Source of the DNA: an uncultured bacterium
GTDB lineage: Bacteria; Verrucomicrobiota; Verrucomicrobiia; Verrucomicrobiales; V1-33
Assembly: GCA_903954065.1 (NCBI GenBank)
Contig: CAJBME010000250.1
Coordinates: 20,270 to 84,269, forward strand
Length of the DNA stretch: 64,000 nt
Reading direction: 5' to 3'
Part shown: in pieces, positions 18,706-28,151 of the stretch
Numbering within the stretch: position 1 is the stretch's first letter
Layout: the number at the start of each line of letters is the position of its first letter
Made by a program: the position numbers and the translations under genes
The notes under the pieces: generated by a model
Seen by the model: only the letters and a program-made list of their open reading frames with translations
Databases searched by the model: none
What the model was told of the DNA's origin: nothing

Positions 18706-21342
18706 TTACCGCGTCTGCTCGAGCTGGTTTACGGCTTCGATGAGGCTGGCAAATTCCTGGCGGAGTCCGAATTCGTCATTCTCTCTGGCGGCGGATTGAA
18801 CCCATTCGTGAATGAGGGTCAGCGGCAGACGGCTCACGGTAGGATCGGCCTGTAGGTGGAGGGCAAAGGCGGCGGCTCCGGTGGCGAGGCGGAAATCGGG
18901 TGAGGCCGCCCTCCACTCAGTGGCTGAGGTGGTCCAGTCGGTGGTTATCGTGCGCCGGCTTGCCGACCCCGGGGTGCGGTACCGAACGCTGACACTCAAG
19001 GGCGGCTGGGGGTTGGCGACTGCCGCGCCCCCCGGACCGGACCGGAGGCCGCCAAGGGCGGCCGATCCAAAGCTCGTACTGGGCGGAAGCTGATGACTCG
19101 ACTCCATGGGTACGACTTCGTACATGGCGGTCATCTGGCGGCCTGAGATCCACGGTTGGAGATGGGTGTGGCTCGCTGTTTCAGGGCGACCGCCGGCGCC
19201 AAATCCCACCGGCCGCCACGCGGCGATCGCCGCTGGATCAAACAGAACCTGCAAGCGTACTTGCTCCGCCAGCGGTGCCCGGCGATGCAGTGCCTCCTGA
19301 GCGAGGAGCCGCGCCGCTTCCGGTCCGGAGTCAGCCTGATAAAAAGTCGCACCGATCGAATCGGCGATCATCGCCGCGCGTGAAGCCGGGCGCCGGGGGC
19401 CAAACTCGGCCACTACCATTTCGGCGCCCATCGAGCGCAATTGCTGGGCGGCTTCAGCCGGTGGGCGGCCGGTGAAATCCAATGGTCCGTCGGTCAGGAT
19501 CAGGCATAGATTATGCGAATTGTCGGTGGCCTGTTGCAGGAGGGTTTGTTCGACCGTGGCCCAGTCGGTAGTTCCCAGTACCGGACCACCGAGATGCCAC
19601 CGGCTGGGGGCTTCACGTAGGTTTTCCAGCCGGTCGACACTCGTCGGTGGGAGCACCACCCCGTGAGCTCGACCCCAGACGACTAGAGAAATTGAGTCCT
19701 CCGGCCGCAGGCGCGGGGCTAGCGCCTGCAATCCCTGCCAGATTAAGAGTTGCGCGCGTTCGCTGTCCGGAGTCTCCGCGAGTCGTAAAAAAAGTGTGAG
19801 CCGGAGTGGCGCGCGGGTCTCTGTCTCCTCGCGAGCCGCCACCGTCAGCCGGACAAGCTGGTGCGCTTCATTCCATGGACAGGTGGCCGCCTCAATGGCA
19901 ATGGCAAAATCCTGTCCGGGCGCCGGCCGCGAGTCGTAATCAAATTGATTGATGATTTCTTCGGGCCGCACCAACGCGGCGGGCGGGGCGCGGTCGAAAT
20001 CCCGCACACATTGGCGCACCATATCATATCCAGCGCGGCCGAGAGTGGTTGGTAACGAGGCACCGGGTGTGGTGGCCGTGGCTAAAAACCCGGCAGCCAG
20101 TGGGATGTCGCCGGCGGCGGGAAGATTGGCGGGCGCAAAACGGGAGGCCGCCATGGCCATCGGAGCGGCCAGCTTAGCTGCCATGGGAGCGGCCATTTTA
20201 GCCGCCATCGGAGGGGTGCTGCGCGCGAGAGTGTCATCCGACGGCAGAGGCAAGGCGTCCGCTTGTGGGGTGGGCGAGGAGGCGCGGGCCGCCATGGCTA
20301 CGGGGGCGTCGGCGGCGAGAGTTGGCTCCGCCGCGCTGGCTGCTACGACGGGAGCGTCCGTCGCGACGATGGGAGCGTCGGCCGCGTTGGCGGCGAAAGA
20401 GGCATCGGCCGCCTCGGCGGCTACGGCCATGGCGGCGGCGGGTTTTTCTTCGGGTGGTGGGGAATCGGTGAGGTGCGCCCATTCGCGATCGTTGGTGAAC
20501 GCGGTATCGGCAGCGGGGCGAGTTTTTTCCAGATCCAGCAGTGCGATGAGGTGTTCTTGAGAGGGGGCGGGGGTGGGGGCTGGAAAAAAGCTAGCGTAGG
20601 CGGGTGTGGGCGCGGACTGGGTCGAGGTTGACGGAAGCGGGGCGGTGGATTTCGGGCGCCAGTTTCCGGTGCTGGCCATGTAGCTGAGCGCGATGAAGCT
20701 GGCGGCGAGGGCGGCGGTGGGTAGCCAGCGCCGCGATCGGGCCGCGGCGGGCGCGGCGGCGGTAGTTGCTGATTCCGGCACCGGGCCGGTGGCTGGCGAT
20801 GTGGTGGGAGCGGTGGCTGTGGTGTGGAGGGTGCGACCGTGCTCGAGGATGGCGTTTCTTTGTTCGAGGGTGAGATGGAGTGCTGGTTCGGCGGCGAATT
20901 CAGCGCGCAAGCGAGCGGCCAGTGCGCCGACGGCCTCGAGGCCTAGAGTGGCATGGCGGTCATCGGCCAGTCGGGTTGACATGACTTCGGCTTGGGACGG
21001 CCGCAATTCTCCGAGAGCGTAGGCGGTCAGTCGTGCGTCTTTTTCTTCGGTGCCAGTGAGAGAAGGTGTTCTTTCTAAAATGGCGCGCTGTTGAGGCGCG
21101 GTGAGCCCGATGGGTGGTTCTGCGGCATAGGCGAACGTCAATTTCTCGGCCATGGCCCGCGTTTTTTCGACTTCCAGTCTGGCCTCGGCATCACGCCAAA
21201 TCTCAGCCTCGAGCCGGCTGGCTGGCTCTGGCGGCAGCTCCCCTAGGGCCAGTGCGGTCAGGCGGGCCACGCGGGCTAGCGGGTCTTCCTCGCCCGGGGC
21301 GGGTAGGTTGGGCTCAGACGGCGGGGGGGGCGGTGGGCTCAT
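18706..21342 (-). CDS. Putative anti-sigma factor / YfbK-like vWA-DUF3520 membrane protein
   Basis: Duplicated N-terminal LTAxALGEL helices, one TM segment, Ala-rich linker, VRPEEIINQFDY..ATCPWN, TAMYEVVP, DFRLATGAAAFA. Overlaps the sigma stop. Confidence 0.8.
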   Translation of the reverse strand: MSPPPPPPSEPNLPAPGEEDPLARVARLTALALGELPPEPASRLEAEIWRDAEARLEVEKTRAMAEKLTFAYAAEPPIGLTAPQQRAILERTPSLTGTEEKDARLTAYALGELRPSQAEVMSTRLADDRHATLGLEAVGALAARLRAEFAAEPALHLTLEQRNAILEHGRTLHTTATAPTTSPATGPVPESATTAAAPAAARSRRWLPTAALAASFIALSYMASTGNWRPKSTAPLPSTSTQSAPTPAYASFFPAPTPAPSQEHLIALLDLEKTRPAADTAFTNDREWAHLTDSPPPEEKPAAAMAVAAEAADASFAANAADAPIVATDAPVVAASAAEPTLAADAPVAMAARASSPTPQADALPLPSDDTLARSTPPMAAKMAAPMAAKLAAPMAMAASRFAPANLPAAGDIPLAAGFLATATTPGASLPTTLGRAGYDMVRQCVRDFDRAPPAALVRPEEIINQFDYDSRPAPGQDFAIAIEAATCPWNEAHQLVRLTVAAREETETRAPLRLTLFLRLAETPDSERAQLLIWQGLQALAPRLRPEDSISLVVWGRAHGVVLPPTSVDRLENLREAPSRWHLGGPVLGTTDWATVEQTLLQQATDNSHNLCLILTDGPLDFTGRPPAEAAQQLRSMGAEMVVAEFGPRRPASRAAMIADSIGATFYQADSGPEAARLLAQEALHRRAPLAEQVRLQVLFDPAAIAAWRPVGFGAGGRPETASHTHLQPWISGRQMTAMYEVVPMESSHQLPPSTSFGSAALGGLRSGPGGAAVANPQPPLSVSVRYRTPGSASRRTITTDWTTSATEWRAASPDFRLATGAAAFALHLQADPTVSRLPLTLIHEWVQSAARENDEFGLRQEFASLIEAVNQLEQTR

Positions 21343-21875
21343 GGGGTGAACGAGGAGCGGGTCGGTTCCAGTAATGTCCGCAGCCGCTTGAGCGCCGTGT
21401 GGAGCAGAAATCCAACATTGGTTACACTCAGGCCGGTCAGTCCAGCAATTTCCTTGTAGGACAGGTCCGCCTGAAACTTGAGACGTATCACTTCGCGTTG
21501 ATTGGCCGGAAGCCGCTCCACATATCGGAGGACCTCACTGGTCGTTTCCTGATTGGCCAGTTTTTCACAAGGATCAGGAGACTGTTCTTCCTGCCGTTGC
21601 AGCGTCAGTTCATCCAGTTCTACCACCCGTCGGTGCCGACGCAGCACATCGAGCGACCGGTTGCGGCAGACAGTGTACAACCACGGCTTCAGGTTTTCCG
21701 CAACGCGGGCCGGATCCTGGTCCCAGAGCCTGATAAATGTGTCCTGCACCACATCGCGGGCGCGGTCCGGATCACCCAAAATACTGCACGCATACCCCAC
21801 CAGCGCTCCTTCGTAATCACGAAGCGCGCGCTGCACCAGTTCCGTCTTCGATTCAATGGAAGAAATTGGCGGCAT
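21339..21875 (-). CDS. ECF RNA polymerase sigma factor
   Basis: Region 2 DVVQDTFIRLW..WLYTVCRN and region 4 LPANQREVIRLKFQADLSYKEIA. ATG at 21875 chosen. Confidence 0.93.
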   Translation of the reverse strand: MPPISSIESKTELVQRALRDYEGALVGYACSILGDPDRARDVVQDTFIRLWDQDPARVAENLKPWLYTVCRNRSLDVLRRHRRVVELDELTLQRQEEQSPDPCEKLANQETTSEVLRYVERLPANQREVIRLKFQADLSYKEIAGLTGLSVTNVGFLLHTALKRLRTLLEPTRSSFTP

Positions 21876-21964
21876 GCCGTGATCACATAACGTCGACCCC
21901 AGTCCTATCCTTAGACGTTTTTTTGTCCAATCTTCGCCAAGCTCCATCGCCGCAAACCACCGAC

Positions 21965-22735
21965 TTAGGGGCGCACGTCCGGTTTTTCCGGCGCTTCCAG
22001 CTGGGGGGCCACTTTTAGAATATCAGACCAAAGCTCAAACCGGCGGGGCGAATGACGGCGCAGGGCCTGCAGTGACTCCTCTCCAGAATCCAGACACAGG
22101 GCATGCACCAGCGCGAACTCGGCAAGATCTTCATGGGCCACCGTGTCACCATAACGAGAGACCGAAATATTGTCGCCAGGGATGAGCGCTTCCCATCGCT
22201 GCAGTACATCGCCGTGAGCCGTGCGGTACCGTTGCTCCAAAATGTGACCCGCTTCATGGAGCAGGACCCGGGTGCCTGCTTTGGGGATGATATTGAGATA
22301 ATCCTGCGACCCATGCGCGGCGGCTCCCTGTAGGTCGGCATACACCGCAAGCCCGGCTTTACCCTCTTCCGAAACAATGGGCAAAACGACCCGGTAGGCC
22401 GGTGGCATCCGGCGAATTCGGTCGAAAAGCTCCTCTACTTCCAGCTTGGCAAGGTCCTGAATCGTGATGCGGAAAACAATGCCCCCAATTTCCGCCCGCC
22501 ACGTCCGCCCCGGTGACCGGTCGTTCAGCATCACCGCCGGCTCCGGCCCCGCCAGAATCTTGACCTCCTCCAGATTCTTGTCACCGATAGCCCGTCCGCG
22601 CGGACCGTAAATATCCATCAATCGCATCGGGGCCGGTTCCGCTGCCGCCGTCGGTTCCGCCCCAACGGCCCACTTGGTGCCGCCTAGCCACAATAAAGAG
22701 CAAAAAATAACACACCAAAATGGGGAAATAATCAC
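21965..22735 (-). CDS. Exported zincin-like metallopeptidase (hypothetical)
   Basis: VLLHEAGHILE (HExxH) plus downstream SRYG...HEDLAE. Hydrophobic N-terminus; start uncertain. Confidence 0.6.
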   Translation of the reverse strand: MIISPFWCVIFCSLLWLGGTKWAVGAEPTAAAEPAPMRLMDIYGPRGRAIGDKNLEEVKILAGPEPAVMLNDRSPGRTWRAEIGGIVFRITIQDLAKLEVEELFDRIRRMPPAYRVVLPIVSEEGKAGLAVYADLQGAAAHGSQDYLNIIPKAGTRVLLHEAGHILEQRYRTAHGDVLQRWEALIPGDNISVSRYGDTVAHEDLAEFALVHALCLDSGEESLQALRRHSPRRFELWSDILKVAPQLEAPEKPDVRP

Positions 22736-23000
22736 CCCCAATCCTCGGGATGCCCCGCCAGTCGTCAACCAGCGACTCCGCGCCCATCGGAATTCGCCCG
22801 CGCTCCGCAGGATGTGGCCTGACGGCAATGGTGAAAGCGAGAACCCGCGTGCCCCGTTAAAGTGGCCGCGGAGCCGCCTGTGCAATGGCTGAGGATCCGT
22901 ATCTTGAGGGAGGTAGTGGCGTTGGGGAAGTTGATCCCATGATACGGCCGCAGAAAGCGGGTGCCTGGCTGATCCCGGGCCCGTCTGATCCCGGGCCTGC

Positions 23001-24404
23001 TTATTTGGCGCCTGACCCCAGAATCACCGCGGGTAGGGTGCGCAGCAGGATTGAGATATCGAGCCAGAGCGACCAGTTGTCGATGTAGCGAAGATCGAGC
23101 TCGACCCATTCGTCAAAGTCTTTGATGGAATTCCGGCCACTGACCTGCCAGAGGCAGGTAAGGCCTGGTTTGACGCTGAGGCGGCGGCGTTGGGCGGCGG
23201 CGGAGAATCGTTCGACCTCGTAGACTGGAAGCGGGCGGGGGCCGACCAAGCTCATTTCACCGCGGAGGACGTTCCAGAACTGCGGCCATTCGTCGATGCT
23301 CATTTTGCGCATCCAAGCGCCGAAGGGAAAGATTCGCGGGTCGTTTTCGATTTTAAAGACCGGTCCGCTCATTTGGTTGAGGGATTCCAGTTCGGCTTTC
23401 CGTTGTTCCGCGTCGGTGTGCATGGAGCGGAATTTGAACATGGTGAATGGCTGTCCATTTTTGCCGCTGCGGCGCTGGGTGAAGAGCACGGGTCCGGGCG
23501 ACTGCAGGCGGGTACCGATCCAGGCGATCAACAAGAAGAGCAGCCCGGGGAAAAGGAGCATGGCGGACGCTCCGACGACGTCGATGACTCGTTTGGCCAG
23601 CAGCGCCCAAGAGGCGTCTGGGGTGGAGCGGAAAACGAGCATGGGCTGGCCTCCGAGAGTGTCGAAGCTCGGGCGAGCGATGGAGGTTTTGACAAAATCC
23701 GTCCAGAGCCATGCTTCTACGCCTTCGATTTCGCAGGCGTTGATCACGTCTTGAATTTTCTCGAACTGGACGTGATTGGCGGCCACGATGACGCGTTCCA
23801 CGGAGGCGGTGTGCAATGTTTTGACAAAGTCTTCGATGGATTGTTGTCTTAGGTCGGTGCGGGCGACGATGTCAATTTCGTCGCGCTGCGCGCGCGGCAG
23901 CGAGGCGATGAGTTTGTCCATTTCCTTGGGTTCGCCGGCGAAGACGACGCGTTCTCGCCATCCGGTGACATGGATTTTCCGGCGCAGGTGGCCGCGCACG
24001 AGCCATTCTTTGGTCAGGAGCAGGGCGGGGGCGACCACGACTTGGAGGGCGAGTACGGCGCGGCTTTCGGCGCTTTTGCGGGCAAAAATGACAATCGCTC
24101 CAATGACCACGCCAATGACCATGCCGGCCTTGATCATCTGACCGATCGAGCACAATGGCCACGGCTGTTTATGCAATGGGGGATCGTAATACCCAAAGAA
24201 TTCCAGAACCAGCGGGGTGAAAGGGGCGATGATGGCGAGCAGCCAGTAGAACCGGTTTATTTCCGGGACCGGGTCATCACTGAAAATCCACAGACCTGGG
24301 AAAATGACCCTGATTTGGTAGGCAATGACGAATGCGACAAGGAGCAGCACCACATCAAGGAGCTGGCTGAACTGAAGGTTGATTTCCTGCTTGCGGCCCA
24401 GCAT
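23001..24404 (-). CDS. Polyprenyl-phosphate sugar transferase (WcaJ/WbaP-type priming glycosyltransferase)
   Basis: N-terminal TMs, KRVIDV, KFRSM, DPRI..G..MRKMSIDEWPQFWNVLRGEMSLVGPRP, KPGLTCLWQV. Confidence 0.93.
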   Translation of the reverse strand: MLGRKQEINLQFSQLLDVVLLLVAFVIAYQIRVIFPGLWIFSDDPVPEINRFYWLLAIIAPFTPLVLEFFGYYDPPLHKQPWPLCSIGQMIKAGMVIGVVIGAIVIFARKSAESRAVLALQVVVAPALLLTKEWLVRGHLRRKIHVTGWRERVVFAGEPKEMDKLIASLPRAQRDEIDIVARTDLRQQSIEDFVKTLHTASVERVIVAANHVQFEKIQDVINACEIEGVEAWLWTDFVKTSIARPSFDTLGGQPMLVFRSTPDASWALLAKRVIDVVGASAMLLFPGLLFLLIAWIGTRLQSPGPVLFTQRRSGKNGQPFTMFKFRSMHTDAEQRKAELESLNQMSGPVFKIENDPRIFPFGAWMRKMSIDEWPQFWNVLRGEMSLVGPRPLPVYEVERFSAAAQRRRLSVKPGLTCLWQVSGRNSIKDFDEWVELDLRYIDNWSLWLDISILLRTLPAVILGSGAK

Positions 24405-24480
24405 GATGAAAAACAATGAATCAGTGAGATGAACCGCGAAAGGCCGCGGTGTTGTCGCCTGATAAATCCCACCCTAGCGC

Positions 24481-25185
24481 ATGAGCTCACCCGTTGCATC
24501 GGAAAAATCTATCAGGCTTGATGCCGTGAATGTGGTCGGCAGCCTGCTGACCCCGGGTTTGCCGGGTGGCGACTGGGCGTCGGTGGCGGGCGCCTGTGAC
24601 GTGGTGGAATTCCGAGTTGACGCTTGTCCGCACGCGGCTGCCGCCGTTCGTTCGGCCGCTGCCAGTTGCCCGTGGCCGACGCTGCTCACGGTGCGCGATC
24701 CGCGCGAAGGCGGCCTGAATCAGCTTGGGCTGACTCCGCGGCGCGCCTTGCTGGGGAGTTTGGTGGATGATTTTCAACTGGTGGACATTGAAATTGCCAA
24801 TCTTTGCGTCTTTCGGGAGGTGGTGCATCAGGCGCACGATGGCGGAGCGTTGGTGGTGGCCTCGTATCATGATTTTCTAGGGCAGCCAGCCGAAGTGGTC
24901 TTGCATGATTTATGCGCCGAAGCGCTGAGTCTGGGCGCGGACATCGTGAAATTCGCGGTCACGCCGCAGTGTAGTGCGGACTTGGAGGTGCTGGCCTCCC
25001 TGCTGGAGTCAGCTTCATCCACTGCGCTGAGCTTAATGGGGATGGGTCGATTCGGCCGCGTCTCCCGACTGTTGTTGGGCCAGCTTGGTTCGGTCTTAAA
25101 CTACGGGTATTTGGACGAATCCACGGTACCAGGTCAGTGGCCCGCCGCTGAACTCAAGTCACTGCTGGCCACGTTGCGAGCGTAA
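24481..25185 (+). CDS. aroD: Type I 3-dehydroquinate dehydratase
   Basis: VEFRVD, LLTVRDPREGG, VDIEI, SYHDF, ADIVKFA, MGMGRFGRVSR, PGQ. Confidence 0.9.
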   Translation: MSSPVASEKSIRLDAVNVVGSLLTPGLPGGDWASVAGACDVVEFRVDACPHAAAAVRSAAASCPWPTLLTVRDPREGGLNQLGLTPRRALLGSLVDDFQLVDIEIANLCVFREVVHQAHDGGALVVASYHDFLGQPAEVVLHDLCAEALSLGADIVKFAVTPQCSADLEVLASLLESASSTALSLMGMGRFGRVSRLLLGQLGSVLNYGYLDESTVPGQWPAAELKSLLATLRA

Positions 25186-25291
25186 TCTGAAAGCAGGGAT
25201 GACGGGTTAAGAAAAAATCCACAATCTATTAAACATCAATGTAATAAGAGGTTTACAGGAGCGATTCAGCATTCAGCCTCAGGGCAATGAC

Positions 25292-25667
25292 CTCAGCCCC
25301 AACGGGGCGCCATGCGAAAGCCCAGGGCATCGCCATGGGAATGTTTCGCAAAATAAGTGCCAAGCCCTCGTCGGGAAGAAAACTTCCCTGCGTAGTCGTG
25401 TCGGATCCGGATTTTTTGTAGCCGTGGGTCGCTGACCCCGGTCGCGGCGCCGAACGCCTCTCCGAACGTCTTTTTGGCATGGGGCCGGATGCGAATCACC
25501 GGTTTCGTACTCGCCGACGAGGACGTCAGCGCTCCCGGGCCAGTTGTGGAAACCGGGGCCGGCGTAACCGGCCAGCGGGAAGTTTACTTCCCGACTTCCC
25601 GACGAGGGCGTGGTGCTTATTTTGCGAAAATCCCTAGGCTCTCGCATTGCGCCCCGTTGGGGCTGAG
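25292..25667. mobile_element. Non-autonomous REPIN/MITE-like element with ~90-bp imperfect terminal inverted arms and nested REPs
   Basis: Left arm CTCAGCCCCAACGGGGCGC..TTTCGCAAAATAAG..GCCCTCGTCGGGAAG..AAACTTCCC mirrors the right arm. Internal GTAG-REP near 25418 and GGAG-REP at 25513-25539. Confidence 0.7.
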
Positions 25668-25715
25668 CAGGCGAGTGGCGCGGGGCCGGGCGGGTGGCGG
25701 TCCGTCGTCGGCGGA

Positions 25716-25799
25716 TCAAGCCTTGCCCTTGACGAGGTAGGCGAAAGCGATGGCTCCGACGGCCAAGAAGATAAAGGCGAAGACAAGTCCTGCGAGCAT
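25716..25799 (-). CDS. Putative 27-aa single-pass membrane microprotein
   Basis: Hand translation MLAGLVFAFIFLAVGAIAFAYLVKGKA; co-oriented 70 bp downstream of the 455-aa gene. Confidence 0.5.
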   Translation of the reverse strand: MLAGLVFAFIFLAVGAIAFAYLVKGKA

Positions 25800-25869
25800 G
25801 GCCTTGTGATAAACCCGGGCCGCCGTATTTCCAGCAAAATCGTCAGGGGGAAAAACGACGGAGGGCGGT

Positions 25870-27237
25870 TCAGGAGGAGCGCAGGTGGTGCATCAAGTCG
25901 ATGATTTCGCGGCGCAATTCAAAGAGGTCTCGTTTGCGGGTCTGCAGCCAGTGCCGGGTTTCGGCATTGAGTGCGGCGGCGTCGATGCAATCGAAGGCGT
26001 GCAGCGCCTCATTGAGCGGCACTTGGGCGCGTTTCAGCATCGCGATGATGAAGCCAGGTTCTGGATCCAGGCCTTGAGCCCATCCATCGAGGGCGCCGGC
26101 GAGTTTCCCCCCGAGGGTGATGATGTGCAGAATGAGCGACAGGACGGGACTTTGGTCCCGGTTTTCCGCGGAATCGGCCATCAGTCCGCGTTCTTCCGCC
26201 TCGCGCTGGAGGGCGAGCGCAAAGTCCATGGCTCGTTGACTGAGCGGGTGATGTGACCCGAACGGGTCTTCTTCGCCCAATTCCACCTCGTCATCGTCAA
26301 GTTCCTGCGACCAAGAGGCTTCTCGTTCGCCGGGTTCCAGGCCGGACAAGGCTTCTTCCATGAGGCGCGCCTCCATGGGGGGCTCGATTTCCGGATCCGG
26401 CTCGTCTTCTTCATGCCATCCGAGGGCGGTGGCGATCATTTTCTCCCGCTCTGGATGGTCGCGGTACTTCTCGAAGGCTTCTTGATAGGCTTCGGCACGG
26501 CGATCGGCATCGCGGAGTTCTTGTTCCCACTCGAATTCGTTCAGCGGGATGTCATCCAGAAACTCGAGTTCACCCTCGGTTCCGTCCTCGAGGGATCCGG
26601 TTCCGGCGAGCAAGTCCTCAGGGGCGAGTAAATCTGGAATCGGGGGGAGTTCCGCGCTGGCGGTTCCGGGGCCCAGATCGATGGCGCCGGGGGGTAAAAT
26701 TTCATCATCTTCCGGTGTTTCCTCATTGACCTCACCGGTGATGGTGTGGATGAACCGCTGGAAATGTTGCTGACTGGCGGCCATTTGCTCTGCTTCTTCG
26801 TCCGCCGTCATGTGCCATGTGGGCAGGGTCACTCCGACCGTCCAATCGGCTGACTCGATGACGACTCGTCCATTTTCCGCGCTGTACCATTCGAGGTACA
26901 GGCAGTTGGCGATCCGGCAGGGAACGGGTAGTTCTTTGTCGATGAGTTCCATCACTTCCATGTCGGAAACGACGGGTTGGCGCACTTTGCGGGAGGCCGT
27001 CAGTTCGCCGGCCATGCCTTGTTGCTCGGGAGCGAGCACGGACAATGATGGATCGGCGGCTGGCCGTGGATTGATGAAACGCACAGTGCTCCCGGCGAGG
27101 TCTCGGAGGCAGTTTCCGTGGAGGTTGAGCCGCAACGGCTCTTTGCGGCCCGCGAGCCAAATCCTCCCCGTGACCACGCCACGATCCTCGTTGCACAACT
27201 CACCTCGTACTACCGCTTTTTCGATGCGAAACGCCAT
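25870..27237 (-). CDS. Hypothetical acidic protein (455 aa)
   Basis: Long ORF with natural composition: beta-rich N-terminus (LYLEWYS..NGRVVIE), very acidic middle, helical C-terminus. Confidence 0.75.
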   Translation of the reverse strand: MAFRIEKAVVRGELCNEDRGVVTGRIWLAGRKEPLRLNLHGNCLRDLAGSTVRFINPRPAADPSLSVLAPEQQGMAGELTASRKVRQPVVSDMEVMELIDKELPVPCRIANCLYLEWYSAENGRVVIESADWTVGVTLPTWHMTADEEAEQMAASQQHFQRFIHTITGEVNEETPEDDEILPPGAIDLGPGTASAELPPIPDLLAPEDLLAGTGSLEDGTEGELEFLDDIPLNEFEWEQELRDADRRAEAYQEAFEKYRDHPEREKMIATALGWHEEDEPDPEIEPPMEARLMEEALSGLEPGEREASWSQELDDDEVELGEEDPFGSHHPLSQRAMDFALALQREAEERGLMADSAENRDQSPVLSLILHIITLGGKLAGALDGWAQGLDPEPGFIIAMLKRAQVPLNEALHAFDCIDAAALNAETRHWLQTRKRDLFELRREIIDLMHHLRSS

Positions 27238-27353
27238 GCTGTTTGCTTGAACTTAGACACTGATGGTAAGCGTCAGCGCGCCTTGTCAAATGAGACGAGA
27301 GGTTTTTTCACTTTCGGCTTGGCGAGCGGCCACATCACCATCACCGGTGAAGG

Positions 27354-28148
27354 ATGGTGCCCCCTCTGTCCGTTTCCATCGTCACGTGCAACGAGGAACG
27401 CAATCTGCCTCGTTGTCTGGCGTCTGTCGCCGGACTGGCGGCGGAAATCATCGTGATGGACAGCGGCAGCACCGACGCTACCCGACACGTGGCCGCCAGC
27501 GCCGGGGCGCGCGTCATCCATCAGGACTGGTTGGGCTACCGCGATCAGAAGAATGCCGCCCTCGCGCATTGCACGCATTCGTGGGTGCTGGCCCTCGATG
27601 CGGATGAAGAACTCTCTCCCCGCTTGCGTGCTGAAATCGAGGAGTTCTTCCAGACCGGCGAGACGGAACGCTACCATGGCGCCTCGTTTCCTCGTAAAGT
27701 TTGGTTCCTCGGCCGGTGGATCACCCATGGCGATTGGTACCCGGATCGCAAACTCAGGCTGGTCCGCCGCGAGGGGGCGCGATGGATGGGGTCGCCAGAA
27801 CACGATTTCCTCGACGTCCCTGGACCCGTGAAAAAACTCGCCAGCGACCTCCACCACTTTTCATTTCCCGATACCGCCACCTATTTGCGGAAAATCACGG
27901 TTTTTGCCGACGAATATTTGAAGCGTGAATTGGCGGCTGGCCGGCGGTGGTCACTGGCGGGCAATGTGACCCGGCCGCTGTGGCGGTTCTTTCGCGGCTA
28001 CGTGTTGCGCCGCGGATTTCTCGATGGATTTCCTGGTCTTTGGATTGCGACCGGTATTGCCTTTCAAACGTTTGTACGTCACAGCCGCACGTATGAACAT
28101 GCGGTCAAGGAGCGGCTGCCCGATGAGCAACGAGCGACGCCCCAATGA
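27354..28148 (+). CDS. Glycosyltransferase family 2 (WaaE/KdtX-like)
   Basis: CNEERN, MDSGSTD, QKNAAL, LALDADE, WYPD..LRL, GFLDG. Confidence 0.9.
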   Translation: MVPPLSVSIVTCNEERNLPRCLASVAGLAAEIIVMDSGSTDATRHVAASAGARVIHQDWLGYRDQKNAALAHCTHSWVLALDADEELSPRLRAEIEEFFQTGETERYHGASFPRKVWFLGRWITHGDWYPDRKLRLVRREGARWMGSPEHDFLDVPGPVKKLASDLHHFSFPDTATYLRKITVFADEYLKRELAAGRRWSLAGNVTRPLWRFFRGYVLRRGFLDGFPGLWIATGIAFQTFVRHSRTYEHAVKERLPDEQRATPQ

Positions 28149-28151
28149 GGA

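Noticed and set aside
20140-20440. Short tandem DNA repeats in the vWA gene
   Set aside because: In-frame low-complexity Ala/Pro/Met linker coding, not a separate element.
22969-22997. Direct repeat CTGATCCCGGGCC x2
   Set aside because: Only two short GC-rich copies with no supporting context.
27263-27289. Sigma70-like TTGACA..TACCAT on the minus strand
   Set aside because: The spacer is only 15 bp, too weak to call.
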